Shown: piece by piece, positions 49,100 to 64,000 of the stretch | Layout: each line of letters starts with the position of its first letter | Position numbering within the stretch: position 1 is the first letter of the stretch | NCBI RefSeq assembly: GCF_009914755.1 | Contig: NC_060929.1 | Reading direction: 5' to 3' (one strand) | DNA length: 64,000 bases | DNA from: the human T2T-CHM13v2.0 reference genome, Homo sapiens | Program-made: the position numbers and the translations under genes | The notes under the pieces: generated by a model | The model's database searches: none | What the model saw: only the letters and a program-made list of their open reading frames with translations | Told to the model about the DNA's origin: nothing

Positions 49100-50060
49100 T
49101 TGTTGAGTGTGAAATAATTAGAAATATATCGACTGGTCTCTGCACTCGATTCCGGACACAGAGCTCCTAAAACCCTTGTAGACAGGCATGCCAGGAGAAT
49201 CTTTTGTTCTAATATTTGGTCTTTGATGCTGGTTCTTGACACAGAGCTCCTAAGACCTTTGCAGTTTCCCATGTGATGGGAGCACCTGACATAGAGCAGC
49301 TATATTCCTTGGGATTTTCTGGGTGATGGAGGCATCTTTTTTTCTAATGAGGTGACTCTTGGTGGGCTCCTGGATGGCTTCAGGATGGGCAGTGGATACC
49401 ACCAGATAGACCAAGCCATGGTTAGAAGCTTGGAACCTTCAACTCCACCCCCCATCCTCTGGGGAGGGGAGAAATGGAATTAATAAATTATACCTATGTG
49501 ATGAAGCCTCCATAAAAATCCCAATACTATGGAGTTCAGAGAACTTCCATTTGGTGAACACATTCATGGGCCCAGAGGGTGGTGCACCCAAACTCCATGG
49601 GGTAGAAGCTCCTGCACTCGGGATCCTTCCAGACCTCACTCTATGTGTTCCTTTATCCGGCTGTTGATTTATATCCTTTAAAACATCCTTTGGAAGAAAT
49701 CAGCAATAGTAAGTAAACAGTTTTCCTGGGTTCTATGATCCGCTCTAGCAAATTATCAAACCTGAAAAAGGGATCATGGGAACTTTTGATTTGTAGCCAA
49801 ACAGGAAAAAAGTTGTGGTTCCCCAGAGACTTCCTGCTTGTGACTGGTGTCTGAAGTAGGGCACAGTCTTGTAGGACTGAGCCTTTAACCTATAGGATCT
49901 GCAGTAACTCCGGATGGTATCAGAATTGAATTGAATTGAAGCTGGTGTCTGTCGGAGAATTGGTCAGTGTGGGAAAAAATCCCACACATTGGTGTCAGAA
50001 GTGAAGTATTGAGAGTGGTGGGAATATACAGGAAAATGTTTGCTTTTCCTACCTCACACT
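49100..50060 (+). mobile_element. MER21-family LTR
   Basis: Internal repeat 'acacagagctcctaa', 'atgaagcctccataaaaatccc', 'ttgtaggactgagcctttaacctataggatctg', 'ttggtgtcagaagtg'. Confidence 0.85.
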
Positions 50061-51224
50061 TGTAGAACATGTCTGTGGCTGGATTGGGCCTGCAGTGGCT
50101 GCTGCGTACCCAGAATGTGCCAGGGGCTGAGGCCACAGGCATAAATAAGATCACTCGGCGTGGCCCCTCTTACAATTAACATTCTTTTATGAAAAAGACA
50201 TACATGAAACAATTCCAAATTGTGGTAGGCATTTCGAAGGAAACAGCAATGGCTTCAGTAGAGGATAATGAGGAGCGGCTCTGTTTGGATGGTGTTGTCA
50301 GGGAAGTTGCTGGCAATGTTCAAGGTTGGGGAAGACCTGTCACATGAGGGGGAAATGTGTTAATTCTGGCTTTCTTCAAAAGATAGATAAGGAATATTGA
50401 ATGGATATTTGAAAAGAAGATTTTAGTTCAGTATAAGAAAGAACTTTTCAATTTATATTCACCAGCTATGTGTTAAGGGGCTTGGTGAGATTCAAGACAG
50501 TGGAAGTGACAGAGCTAAGCACAGATTTTCAGTAGATATAGTCGTGAAGGTGGCATGAGAGGATCCTGTCATCTCCAGAGAGATCACTTGCAATTCTGAG
50601 ATTCTCTGAAGTGATATGTTGATAGCAGTGTAAAACCAGAAAAATCCTATTTGGGGCCCAGATTAAAGGTAATCTCTAATGAGATTATCTTCAAACTTCA
50701 AGGGAAACCAAATGCAAACAAAAGGAAAGAAATATGCCTGTTAGACACAGAACAGAGTATGCAGAGGATGCAAACAGGACCTTGATGTGGAAAATCCCTG
50801 AGGTACCAAACCAGTGTTTAGAAAAGTGGTCAGCAGTTCCATATATCCATTGTTACAGTCATTATGGTTCTTCTGAAGGAATGGAAAAGGAAGGGATTGG
50901 GTGGTACAGTTTCTATTACCCTTTAAAAAAGCCACATATTGAACCACGTCCAGATTATGGAAAATCCAAGTAGTGATTCCGAGTTGTTGTTTGCTTGTTT
51001 GTTTGTGTTGTGGATATGAAGGGGCATCTTAGAATGAGACCTCTGAAGCCATCCAGTAAAATAGGATATGGTGGTTTCGTTAATAGAAAAAAGTCCTCTC
51101 AGGTTAAAACTTTTAGCAAAGGTGACCCTGGAGATGATTATCTGCCTCCTAATCACCTCAGCTCATGCCTCCTTCCACTGCTTCCCCTCAGGTTGTGGCC
51201 TCTCCGTTAAGAACAACTACAGCA

Positions 51225-51385
51225 ACTAATTTTTGAGAGTTGCTTATGTGCCAGGCACTAAGTGCTTCCCACATGTTATCTTCTTTGATGTTTTATAACA
51301 ATCCTTTCTCCATTTTACTGATGAGAAAATTGAGTCCAGTAGAATCAGGGATTACAGCCCAAGTCAAGGAGCAACTCGCAGGCAC
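51225..51385 (-). mobile_element. MIR
   Basis: 'gcttatgtgccaggcactaagtgctt...ccattttactgatgagaaaattgag'. Confidence 0.65.
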
Positions 51386-51405
51386 AGATAGGCCTTTTTA
51401 AAAGG

Positions 51406-51525
51406 TTTTTTTTGTTTGTTTGTTTGGAATAGAGACAGGGTATCACTACGTTGCCCAGGCTGGTCTCAAATTCCTGGGCTCAAGTCATCCTCCTGCCTCG
51501 GCCTCCCAAAGTGCTAGGATTACAG
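51406..51525 (-). mobile_element. FLAM_C / free left Alu monomer
   Basis: 'agagacagggtatcactacgttgcccaggctggtctcaaattcctgggctcaagtcatcctcctgcctcggcctcccaaagtgc'. Confidence 0.85.
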
Positions 51526-53577
51526 ATAGCTTAGAATGTAAGCTTGCCTGACTCTTTCCATCAAGCTGCCCCTAATTATCTTTGAGGAAGATCACTGAAA
51601 ACAGTTTTCACTAGGATAAAAATGTTAAGAAATTCTGCTTAGGTTGGTTCTACCAGTCAACAAACGTACTCCATTGCTAGAAAAGGAATCTCTTAGGTTG
51701 TGTAAAGATTTATCTCTGGAGGAGTCATGTTCTCTGTGTGTGTGTGTCTGTTTTTAAAGTAAAACTTTGATAGTTTGCTTAATTTTAGGTTACTTGAACT
51801 CTTCCATTGTATTGCGAAGTCATGTTTTTATAATACCATATTCTGCACGGAGAATAGAATCTACAGCTGATGGTGTATGTTTATTCATGTGGTTAAGTAT
51901 GTTTGATTTTTTGATTTTTTTCCTCTTTCCTTTATTAAGGTATAATTTACATACAGCAAAATACATAGATCTAAGTATACAGTGGAATGGGTTTTGACAA
52001 ATGTGTAGGTACTTCTGTGTTGCCATTAATTTCCATTAGCCAGAAAGATCCCTGGTGCCACTTTCTAGTACATTCTCTCATTCCCCCAGGAGTAACCCCT
52101 GTTCTCATTTCTATCACCATGTATCAGTTTTGCTTGTCCTTGACCTTAATGTAAATGGAATCATATAGTATGTACTCTTTCATGTCTAGCTTTTGTCTCT
52201 CAGCATTGTTGTACATATCTCTGGTTCTTTTTTATTGCTGACTAGAATTCCATTATATGAATATATCACAATTGATGTATTCATTATCCTTTTGATGGAC
52301 ACGTGGTTTTATAATTTTTGGCTGTTATGAATAAAACTGCTATGAACATTTGTACACAAGCCTTTTTGTAGGCATATGCTTTCGTTCCTCTGAAGTATAT
52401 TCCCAGGAGGGAATTGCTGTGTTGTAAGGGAGGGTATTCTAACTTTATAAAAATCTGTTAGACTATTTTCGAAAGTGATATACCTTTCTACATTCTCATC
52501 AGTGATGTCTGGCAGTTCCAGTTGCTCCACATCCTCCTTAACACTTGATATGATCAGTCTTTAATTTCAGCCAGATCTCATCATGGTTTTAATTTATATC
52601 TGTCTTCCTGATAACCTATAATGTTAACCACCTTTTCATGAGCTTATTGGATAATCCTTTAGTCTTGAGAAAAATCTGTTCAAATCTTTTGCCCCTTTTT
52701 AATTGAGATATTTTCTAAATGTATTTATTAATTATAAAACTATGTATTCTGGAAATGAGGCTATCTATCTATCTATCTATCTGGTTAATATTTTCTCATG
52801 GTCTGCAGCTTGTTTTTTTCACTTTCTTAGTGGTATCTTTAATGAGCAGAAGCTTTTAATTTTGATGAAAGTAAACATTATTTTTCTCTCTGTTAGTGCT
52901 TTTGGTATTCTGACTAAAAAAAATCTTTGACTATCCCAGTCATAATGATATTCTTTTGGTTTTTTTCTAGAAGCTTTAGACTTATTTTTGGCATTTAGAT
53001 CTATAATCATCCCAAAATAATTTCTTGCATGCTATAATGTAGGATACTAACATCAGTTTTTTTTCTATACAGACGTACATTTGTTCCAGCACCATTTGCT
53101 GTTATAGCACTATTGGTATTTTTGCGATGAATTACACTGAATTTTGTTGAAAATCAATTGATTATATGTAGATGAGTCTATTCATGGATGCTATTTTTTT
53201 TTCATTGATCTATTTGCTTTTCCTTGTGCCAACACATTATCTTAATTGATGCAACACTACAAGTTTCAAAATCTGCAAAGAAACCTGCTAGGGGTTTGAT
53301 TGATATTATGTATAATCTATAGAGTAATTTGGAAATATGAATATCTTATCAATAATGAATTCTTTAATCTTTGCATGTGGTATATTTCTCCACTTATTTA
53401 GGTCTTTTAAAATTTCTCTCAGCAATAATTTTGTAGTTTACAAGCATAGAGGACTTGCATATATTTTTAAAATTTTATTCTTAGATGTTTGAATCATTTT
53501 GAGCTATTATAAATGACTTAAAAACTTTCTCATTTTCCAATTTATTTTTGTTGCTAGGGTACAAAAGAAGTACAATG

Positions 53578-53702
53578 GGGCAGGTGTGGTGGTTCACACC
53601 TGTGATTCCCATGCTTTAGGAGGCTGAGGAGGGAGGATCATTTGAGGCAGGAGTTTGAGATCAGACTGGGCAACACAACTAGATCCCATCTCTACAGAAA
53701 AA
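53578..53702 (+). mobile_element. FLAM / left Alu monomer within the L1M
   Basis: 'ggtgtggtggttcacacctgtgattcccatgctttaggaggctgaggagggaggatcatttgagg'. Confidence 0.8.
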
Positions 53703-54596
53703 TGTCCAGTTGATTTTCGTATATTGCCATCGTATCCCATGACCTGGCTAAATTCACTCAGTAATCCTGGTAGTCCCAGTAGTTTGTCGTTTCCTTTAGA
53801 TTTTCAACATATATAGTTATACTGTTTGCAAAAAGCTACTATTATTTCTCCCTCATCAATCTTGATACCTTTTATTCTTGGTTTTACATAATTCTTCTTT
53901 CCTGGCATATGCATTTAAAGCTATCACTTTTCCTCTAAGTACTGCTTCAGCTATATCCCACAAATTTTGATATGTTCTGGTTTCATTATTACTCAGTACA
54001 AATTATTTTATAAATTTTGTTGTCATTTCTTCTTTGATCCAAGGCTTATTTAGAAGTATACGACTTAATTTCTAAATAATTGAGGATTTTCTAGTCATCA
54101 TTTTATTTTTAATTTCTAATTGAATTCCATTTTGAAGGGAAAATATATTCTGAGAGTTTCAGTTACATATTTATTTATGGTAGTTCTTTTGCCATTAACC
54201 CATGTGTCTTTGACACTGTGTTCAATATTTTAATTCTTTTTTCCTTTTGTACTTAACTTTGGTTATTTTTTATTGAGTTCCTCATCCTTCATGTTTCTAA
54301 TCCTTCTTTTGCTTCAAGTCTGTTCTCAAGTTTATTCCCTGCATTCTTTGTTTCAGAAAAATTCTTCTATTCTATAATTTCTCTTTGGGTCTTCTTTAGA
54401 GCTTCAGTTTCTCCAATAAAATTCTTCTCTGTTCACCTATTGTGTCCAACTTTATTTCTAAATTCTGTAACATATTTAAGATATTTATTTTAGAGACCTA
54501 CTGACTGCAATATCCAGTCATCAGTGGGCCTGCCTCTATTGACTGTTTTCTTTTTTTGATTATGGGTCATATTTTCATTCTTCTTTACATGTCTCA

Positions 54597-54598
<2 letters not shown>

Positions 54599-54635
<37 letters not shown>
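54599..54635. repeat. (GT)18 microsatellite
   Basis: Perfect run. Confidence 0.95.
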
Positions 54636-54636
<1 letters not shown>

Positions 54637-55649
54637 CATTTTAAATGAGAGACCAATAGGGACTAGATTCTTTATTTTTGTTTTATTTTTCCTAGAGAGA
54701 ACCTTCCCTTTCTTCAGTGCAAAAGCTTGGGAAATATATTTTTATCCATATCCTATCATGGAGTTTAGCAGAGCTGAGACTGGGAGAAAAGATTAATTAA
54801 TTTCAGTTTACTTCTTGCTAGTGAGATTATGAAGATTTCTCTTGGCCTTTCAGCGTAACCCCCCAACTTCTTGTTTCACATCTGTCTACAGGGCTAATCT
54901 CTTTGGTCCTTTCAAGATTAGAACTAGAAGGGTATTTGGTATAGCGCTAGTGAGTTTAATTTCACCTCTGGATTCAACTTCAGAAACGCTCTGGAATGTA
55001 AGCAGCACAAGGGTTGGGGAGCTCTCTCTACTTTCCAGCTCTGCCCCAACTGCCACTGATTCCGCAAAATTCCCACGGGGGAGAACTGTTGTTCCGAGAG
55101 ATTTATTTTTGTGTTTGGGAGTCTTTCAGATTCCAGTATTTCACATTAGCCCACACCATTGTTGAAAGTTTGGCTGATTTCTCCTCATTCCAGCAAACTT
55201 TATCTCATGTCAGGGCTGCTCTTCCTCCTGCCTGTACTCAAGCAAGGCAACTTGCCCTGAGTATGAAAAGAGTTACCACTTTTTGCTCGTCTTTGAAGGG
55301 TATGCTCATTACTGGAATTCGTTTATTTAAACTTTGTGTGTGTGTCTATTGCAGTTTGATGACTTTAAAGAAATATATAATTTTTAGCTTATTGTTTTCT
55401 TTTTTTATGATGAAAATGACAATGTTTATGTCTTTCTATAGCTTAACCAGAAAGAGGACTTCCATAGTTTCTTAGAATTTTGTCTTAGATTAGCTCTGGG
55501 AGGCAAGTGTGAGGCCTCAGAGCAACATAAAATATTCACAATTCTGTCTTTAGACTTATTTACACTTAGAATGCCAGTTGCCTGAGTCATGAGCAGTATT
55601 TGGCCTTGTGGAGTATTGCGGTTGTTTTAACCCCCCCGCCCCAACAAGC

Positions 55650-56518
55650 AGTTACTTTTACTGCATAAGCCTATTCCATATACCCTTTTCTTTCTTCAAA
55701 TCCAGTTCAAGTCATGATCATTTTTCCTTTGATCCATCTCCACTGGCACCATCCTGATCTAAACTCCCATCATTGCCAAGTAAAAGCAGTAGCTTATTCC
55801 TGACATACTGTGAGTTTCTCCATAACCCCTCTCGGCTCTATCTCATCCAGTCCCCACACTACATCCAGACTGATGGTTACAAAACTATAATTCTGATCAT
55901 TTCACCCTCCTGCTTACAAACTCAGTGGCTTCTCATTGCTTATAAGGTGCAGACAAAATTCAACAATTGTGTGCTCTCCAGCCCTGTCTTGTATCTAGCT
56001 CCTGTTAACAATGGTCCGTTAGTTTTCTTTTAATCTCTACACTCTTTGCTTTCTCTTGCCGTATGGTCTTTGTACATGCAGTTACCTCTACCTGGAATAT
56101 CTTTTAATCTCTTTTAATCTCTACACTCTTTGCTTTCTCTTGCCGTATGGTCTTTGTACATGCAGTTACCTCTACCTGGAATATCATTTCTCCTCTTTAC
56201 CTAGTTAATGCCTGTGCTATTCCTTTTCAAACCTAACCTATGCATCACTTCTTAGAGAAGACTTTCCTGATCTCCGTAGCTATTTCAGATCCTCCTATCT
56301 GGTTTTATACCATTTGTAGTCACTTGACCCAGTGATGAATTTTGTATTATTTATAAGATTATCTAATTATTGGCAATCTCTTCCATGAGACTAGAAGCTC
56401 CAATGAGAGCACAGAAAAGTCTTCGTTTTCTGGGTCATCACTTCATTCCAAATGCCTACAACAGTGACTAGCATTTAATAAAATGTATGGAATGACTTAA
56501 TAAGCAAATTAATGAATT
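55650..56518 (+). mobile_element. L2 3' region
   Basis: 'ctgatcatttcaccctcctgcttacaaactcagtggcttctcattgc...gactagaagctcc...aatgcctacaacagtgactagca'. Confidence 0.78.
56027..56185. repeat. Perfect 75-bp tandem duplication with a 9-bp junction insert
   Basis: 56027-56101 is identical to 56111-56185. The spacer is ttttaatct. Confidence 0.95.
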
Positions 56519-58294
56519 TGGAAAAAGACAAATGTATTTCATTTCTTTAACCTGGGATCTAATCTTTAGATAGTTCCTGCATGCATGCATTTATTCTAAC
56601 TATCTATGTATCTTTATCACCATTTATTTATTTGATTTTCTAAAATCTTTAGAAGAAGGCTCTTGGACATTAAATCTTATCTAAGGAGTTTGTCTTAAAT
56701 CAGATTTAACACATAAGGCTACATACTAAGTAGGAAATTTGACTACTTTTAAACTCTGAGAGTTGAGCGTGATAAGTATGCTATTTAGTTCACCATAGCA
56801 AAGGAATATGTTTCATAGAGCAATAAAGGACTTCTCTAATTCTTTCTCTGCTGGTTGCATTGACATGTTTATTTCTCCTGACCTAGATAACTGGACTGAA
56901 TGGGAATTGAACATTTGCCAATTAATTAGCAACTTAAATCACTTGTGAAAATGGCTGTAAAAAAATCGATTCAAGCTGACATAGTTGACTTTTCAGATGT
57001 CATGTAAACCTAAGTGGTGTTTTCTTTTTCTGTGGTGGTGTCCAAGGACTTAAGATTATTAAAGACCTTTCCCATAGAGTTCTTCTTCAAAGACTGGGTC
57101 TAGTTATCTAAGCTATTCTTAAATTATCTCCAGGTTTCCAATTCTATTTCTTGTCAGTCTCTTGATCCAGTGTGCAATTACCGGCAATGAAAATGGTAGA
57201 ATTGTAAAAGAAGCATCTCTCCTTCAAAAGTTAAGAAGATTGAATTTTACGCTCACATGGGATCAATTTTGATATTTTGGTTCCTAATAATTCTTTGGCA
57301 CAACATCTCAAATGCTACTGGCACCCCCTAGACGACTCAGGGTTGAGAGACTCACAAGTGTCTCGATCAGTGGCCTTGTCCTAGCACTTTAAATCTCAGG
57401 GATAGCACACGTGGCCACACCTTCTCACCATAGGTTTGAGATCCTCTGCTGACCCCTCTTCTTACTCATGGTAAAGGTATTGCTTGAGCAAAAGCAAGAA
57501 GACATAATTATACTGTCTGCTGACAGGAAGGGTCAGCTACACCCTGCCATATCTTCCTCTTCTTCTTCTTCTTTTTTTTAAGAACAAGTAAGTAAGTTCA
57601 AGAAAGACCAGACTGTATCCTTAATACTTAATTTTCTTGGCATCTTAATATGATTAACTGGAATTGAGCCAATCTGGAATGGCTTAAAATGTCAAGAAAT
57701 GCCTGTTTGTGGTTTGTATAAGTGTGTGTGTGTGCACATGAATCCAAGTTACATATGCTGTAAAAGAGAATAATTACTCTGTGCTAGAACATGTTTCCAA
57801 AGAACACAGGTCTTAAGAAAATGGAATTATTTTTCTGATGGTCTACTAATTCCTAAGCATTTCCCCTCCTTTTAACATCTCTCTCTTCTACATTTCTGTA
57901 AACATTTGTGTTCTAGAACATGTTTCTTGTTCAAGAAACCATGAACAAAAATTTTAATACTACTTTATTAATTATATTCTTAAGGAATATTATTAGTGAG
58001 GTTTTTATTCACTGCATATGAAATCCTCAGCCCTGCATAGACAGAAAGACAATATAATTTCTTAATATTCACTAGTTCAACAATTTCTTGAGCACCTAAT
58101 ATGTTCAAGGTATTATATTAGGTGCTATTAATTATCCATTAACATGGAGAAAAAAATTATAATTTTTGTTGAAAAATACCACTGGCCTCCTTTTCTCTGG
58201 GTCCCTCATGTCTTGATTACTTAGGTTAGGCCCCTCAATGAAGGAGAGCTTTTTGTGCCTTATGATATTCCAAAGGTATTAAAATAAAGTGTCA

Positions 58295-58490
58295 ACAGTT
58301 ATTTGGGATTATGTTCACTGTAGTAAGTGCTTTATATATATATATATATATAGTAATCCTCACGGCAGCATTATGAGGACATAGCTATTATTATTCCCAC
58401 TTTACAAATGAAGCAACTGAGGCAGAGAGATCAGGTAACTTGCCCAAGGTTCTATACCTAGTAAGTGGCTGAGCTGAGACTGGACAGGCC
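58295..58490 (-). mobile_element. MIR with internal (TA)n
   Basis: 'ttattcccactttacaaatgaagcaactgaggcagagagatcaggtaacttgcccaagg'. Confidence 0.8.
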
Positions 58491-60265
58491 AAAGAACCAC
58501 CAGATGATATCTCTAGAGCTTGGTGATAAGACCTAATGTGTGCAACATTGACACGAGATGCATAGGAAAGAAATGACTCCTAGTACCTTTAAGGGCAAGG
58601 AACCAAGGGATCTTATGAAGTCACAAGTTCATTCTGCTTATTCCAGAAATATTTATATGAACCCCTTAAAAAGCAGAGAGGTTAAAGTAAACAGATTGAT
58701 CAATAGAAGAAAACAAAAGTTCTGGGAACAGACCAACATATAGATCTTTATTTGATACTTCACAAAGGTAATATCTCAAGAAGAGAAATGATAGGTCAAT
58801 CAGGAAATAGTAGTAATACCAATGCCTAACATCTGCTATACTCTGGACAATACTTTGTTAAAATTTTTTTTTAACTTTTAAGTTCAGGGGTACATGTGCA
58901 GGTTTGTTATATAAGTAAACTTGTGTCATGAGGGTTTGTTGTACAGATTATTTTGTCACCCAGGTATTAAGCCTAGTACCCATTTGTTATTTTTCCTGAT
59001 TCTCTCCCTCCTCCCACCCTCCACCCTCAAGTAGGGCCCAGTGTGCGTTGTTCCCTTCTATGTGTCCATATGTTCTCATCATTTAGCTCCCACTTATATG
59101 TGACAACACGCAGTATTCGGGTTTCTGTTACTGTGTTAGTTTACCAAGGATAATGGCTTCTAGCTCTATCCACATTCCTGCAAAGGATATGATTGCATTC
59201 TTTTTTGTGGCTGCATAGTATTTCATGGTGTGTATGTACCACAATCCAGTCTGTCATTGATGGGTATTTAGCTTGATTTCATGTCTTTGCTATTGTGAAT
59301 AATGCTGCAATGGACATACATGTGGATGTGTCTTTATAATAGAACAATTTATATTCCTTTGAGTATATACCCAGTAATGAGATTGCTGGGTCAAATGGTA
59401 TTTCCGTTTTTAGGTCTTTGAGAAATCACCACACTGTCTCCCACAATGGTTGAACTAATTTACTCTCCCACCAACAGTGTAAAAGCATTCCTTTTTCTCC
59501 ATAAACTCACCAGCATCTGTTATTTTTGACTTTTAGTAATAGCCATTCTGACTGGTGTGAGGTGGTATCTCGTTGTGGTTTTGATTTGTATTTCTCTAAT
59601 GACCAGTGATGTTGATCTTTTTTTCATATGATTGTTGGCCACATGTATGTCTTCTTTTGAAAAGTGTCTGTTCATGTCCTTTGCCCACTTTTTGATGGGT
59701 TTTTTTTCCTGTAAATTTGTTTCATTCCTTATAGTGCTGAATATTAGACCTTCGTCAGATGCATAGTTTGCAAAAATTTTATCTCATTCTGTAGGTTGTC
59801 TATTCACGCTGTTGATAGTTTCTTTTGCTGTACAGAACTGCTTTAGTTTATTTAGATCTCATTTGTCAATTTTTGCTTTTGTTGTGATTGCTTTTGGCAT
59901 CTTTGTCTTGAAATCTTTGCCTGTTTCTATGTGCAGGATGGTATTGCCTAGGTTGTCTTCCAGGGTTTTTAGTTTTGGGTTTTACATTCAAGTCTTTAAT
60001 TCATCTTGAGTTAATTTTTGTATATGGTATAAGGAAGGGGTCCAATTTCAGTCTTCTACATATGGCTAGCCAGTTATCCCAGCACCATTTTTTGAATAGG
60101 AAATACTTTCCTCATTCCTTGTTTTTGTCAGGTTTGTTGAAGATCAGATAGTTGTAGCTGTGTGGCCTTATTTCTGGGTTCTCTATTCTGTTCCATTGGT
60201 CTATGTGTCTGTTCCTGTACCACACCATGCTGTTTTGGTTACTGTAGCCAGGTAGTATACTTTGA

Positions 60266-60571
<306 letters not shown>

Positions 60572-60809
60572 GAAGTCAGGTAATTTTTTTTGTATGTGTA
60601 TATTAACAAAGCTGTGATGCCTCCAGCTTCGTTCTTTTTGCCTACGATTGTCTTGCCTATTCAGGCTTTTTGTTGTTATTGTTCCATAAAAACTTTAAAA
60701 TAGTTTTTTTCTGGTTCTGTGAAGAATGTCAATGGTAGTTTAATAGGAATAGCACTGAATCTATAAATTGCTTTAGGCTGTATAGCTATTTTAATGATAT
60801 TGATTCTTT

Positions 60810-61145
60810 CTATCCATGAGCATGGAATGTTTTTCCATTTGTGTCATCTCCAATTTCTTTGAGCAGTGTTTTGTAATTCACCTTGTAGAGATCTTCACCT
60901 TCCTGGTTAGCTGTATTCCTAGGTATTTTATTCCTTTTGTGGCTTTTTGTGGCAATTGTGAATGGTATTGCGTTCCTGATTTGGCTCTTGGCTTGACTGT
61001 TGTTGGTATATAAGAAGATTAGTGATTTTTGCACATCGACTTTGTATTCTGAGACTTTGCTGAAGTTGTTTATCAGCTTAAGAAGTTTTTGGGCTGAGAG
61101 TATAGGGTGTTCTAGATACAGGATCATGTCATCTGCAAACAGGGA
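60810..61145 (-). pseudogene. Decayed L1 ORF2 reverse-transcriptase fragment
   Basis: [43 protein letters not shown] matches L1 ORF2p. It frameshifts downstream. Confidence 0.9.
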
Positions 61146-61449
61146 TAGTTTGACCTCTTCTCTTCCTGTGTGGATGTCCTTTATTTCTTTCTCCTGCGTC
61201 CTTATCTTGTGCCAGTTTTCAAGGAGAATGCTTTATTCTTTATGTGTTTTAACACATTTCACCCTCAAAGCCACCCTACAGGGTAGGTACCCCTTATTTT
61301 CATCCCTATTTTTTTAGATGAGACATGAAAAAGAGGCCTAACTTTCAAAGGTAAAAATCAACGAGTTCTGGCTCCAGAGCGAGGGATCTTAGTTACCAGG
61401 ATATATGAAATCTATATTAGACATCTTACTTGGCCATTTAGTAAAAGGT

Positions 61450-62560
<1,111 letters not shown>

Positions 62561-62629
62561 ATATGCTCAATGTGTCATTTCATAGTCATATTTTCTTTAA
62601 CAATGATAAACATGGTTCCATGTTATGGT

Positions 62630-63190
62630 GAACATCTATTTTTGGACAACCGCATCTTGGCAATGACATCTTACAGCTCCTTTGGGAAATCACCACTTCT
62701 TCATATGGTTTAGGTGGAATTGACATTTACCCACCTCCAGTGACAGAAGCTGTTTGATTTAGGCAAATAATCCTGTAATATCCTCCTGGCCACAGTGATA
62801 GGTACAGAGGTGGACACATCATGTGAGAATCCTCCTATCAGGGTGTACTTCATGACTTGCTGGGAACTGCTGGGACAAAGATTATCTTGCTTGTTTTATG
62901 AATGTTAATGTGGGAGCAGTTGGTTTCAAAACCATTGGCAGACATATTCATAAGAAGAGAGCCTGAGAATGAAGCTAATGGTGCTAAGTGGTAGTGCTGG
63001 AAAACAATGAGAGAGAAACCTCTTTACACCGTTGAGCCCTCATAAAGCCTTGTCTGAAGCAAATATTCTGTACCATCTCAGACTCTTCAGTATATGAACC
63101 AATAAATGCTCTTCTCCTTCCTACTTTTCAAAGGCCAATTTCGGTAGGGATGTCTGTTTCATGCAATTGAAAGCATCCTAACAGATACAC
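62630..63190 (+). mobile_element. Old MLT1 (K/L-like) LTR
   Basis: 'ctggccacagtgataggtacagaggtggacacat...gcctgagaatgaagctaa...ttcagtatatgaaccaataaat...gcatcctaacagataca'. Confidence 0.75.
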
Positions 63191-64000
63191 ATTTCTCTGT
63201 CTTGACATGTAATACATATACATTGGGAACACGCTGATTCAATTCTGGCTAAAAAGCAAATGGCTTAGGATTAAAACTGAAGATTAAAATTCAGCATTCT
63301 GCCGAAGCAGAGGCTATAGCCAGAGATTACAATCATTGAAAGAACTGCTGGAGTATATGAATAAATCTGAAATTCTATGCAAGTGTTTATTATTATGGTT
63401 TCATTGTTAATATTTAATAGTCACATTTTAAAATGTTGTCATTATAACATTGGAACAAAACAGTAGTTTCTCAGAGCTGTCAACTGCTAGACAGCTTTTG
63501 CAGCCACTCTTCTGCACATCTCAATACTAAAGAGAGGGTCACTTTCAACTGGCACATTTAATAATGTCACCAACCATTTGTGCACAAGAGACTATGATTC
63601 AGAAAAAGGTTTCAACAGTGTGTTTTCTAAAAGGAACTTCATACTTAAGATTCATAGCTCTAGCAAATCTCAAAATTCCTTTATCTTTGACTGCCAAAAA
63701 TGAGTGGTAGCTATAGCAATAATTTCAATGAGCTTTTCGTTTAAAATGATAGCTTCTATAAAGAATTGTCTTTGTAGAGAGTTCTTATGAAGTCTGTAAT
63801 TTTGAAATTATATTAGTTAAAACAAATTGTGTAACGTGCCCATTTTTATCTAACAATTCAGTCTATGATTTATACTCTTTATATTTCTCATTACTTCCGG
63901 ATAAAAGATGGTTTATTAGGAATGTAATCATCCATAATTTGGTAAATTTTTTCTCTTGTGAGATTTTAAGATAGTAAAGTTTACATGATAATTTTAATTT

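Larger units (their letters stand above)
51920..55470 (-). mobile_element. Large fragmented old L1M (3' UTR, ORF2 remnants and more 5' pieces)
   Basis: 3' UTR 'ggtataatttacatacagcaaaatacatagatct...taaatggaatcatatagtatgtac'. ORF 52819-53010(-) FIKIKSFCSLK is decayed ORF2. 'gctatcacttttcctctaagtactgct...cccacaaattttgatatgtt' is an ORF2 5' part. Identity past ~54600 is less certain. Confidence 0.8.

Noticed and set aside
55014-55475. 153-aa ORF
   Set aside because: It lies in probable old L1-derived sequence, starts at a non-ATG codon and has no recognisable homology.

Overview
This window is primate (human-like) genomic DNA, not microbial. It is about 40% GC, CpG-depleted and dense in interspersed repeats: Alu (J, S and a Y-like fragment), FLAM, L1 (L1PB, L1PA and old L1M), L2, MIR, MaLR and ERVL solo LTRs (THE1C, MST, MLT1, MLT2), MER21, and hAT/Tigger MITEs (MER5, MER53, MER58, MER94, MER2). 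I find no credible protein-coding exon, RNA gene, CpG island or CRISPR array. The only real protein homology is decayed L1 ORF2. The window is most likely intergenic or deep intronic, possibly within a lncRNA, and I cannot name the locus. I see no evidence for a new multi-gene system. The most unusual signals are traces of mutational mechanisms and candidate regulatory DNA. These include an Alu tail rebuilt into an AT-rich inverted and duplicated structure (19.7-20.1 kb), three young tandem duplications (one with a junction stutter, one doubling a POU octamer) and a multiply nested MLT1/MER5/Alu stack. They also include heavily truncated Alus, an orphan insert inside L1, a repeat-free regulatory-looking block at 11.9-13.6 kb and a few candidate plus-strand exons. 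Repeat names come from recalled consensus sequences, not a search, and the boundaries of old elements are approximate.
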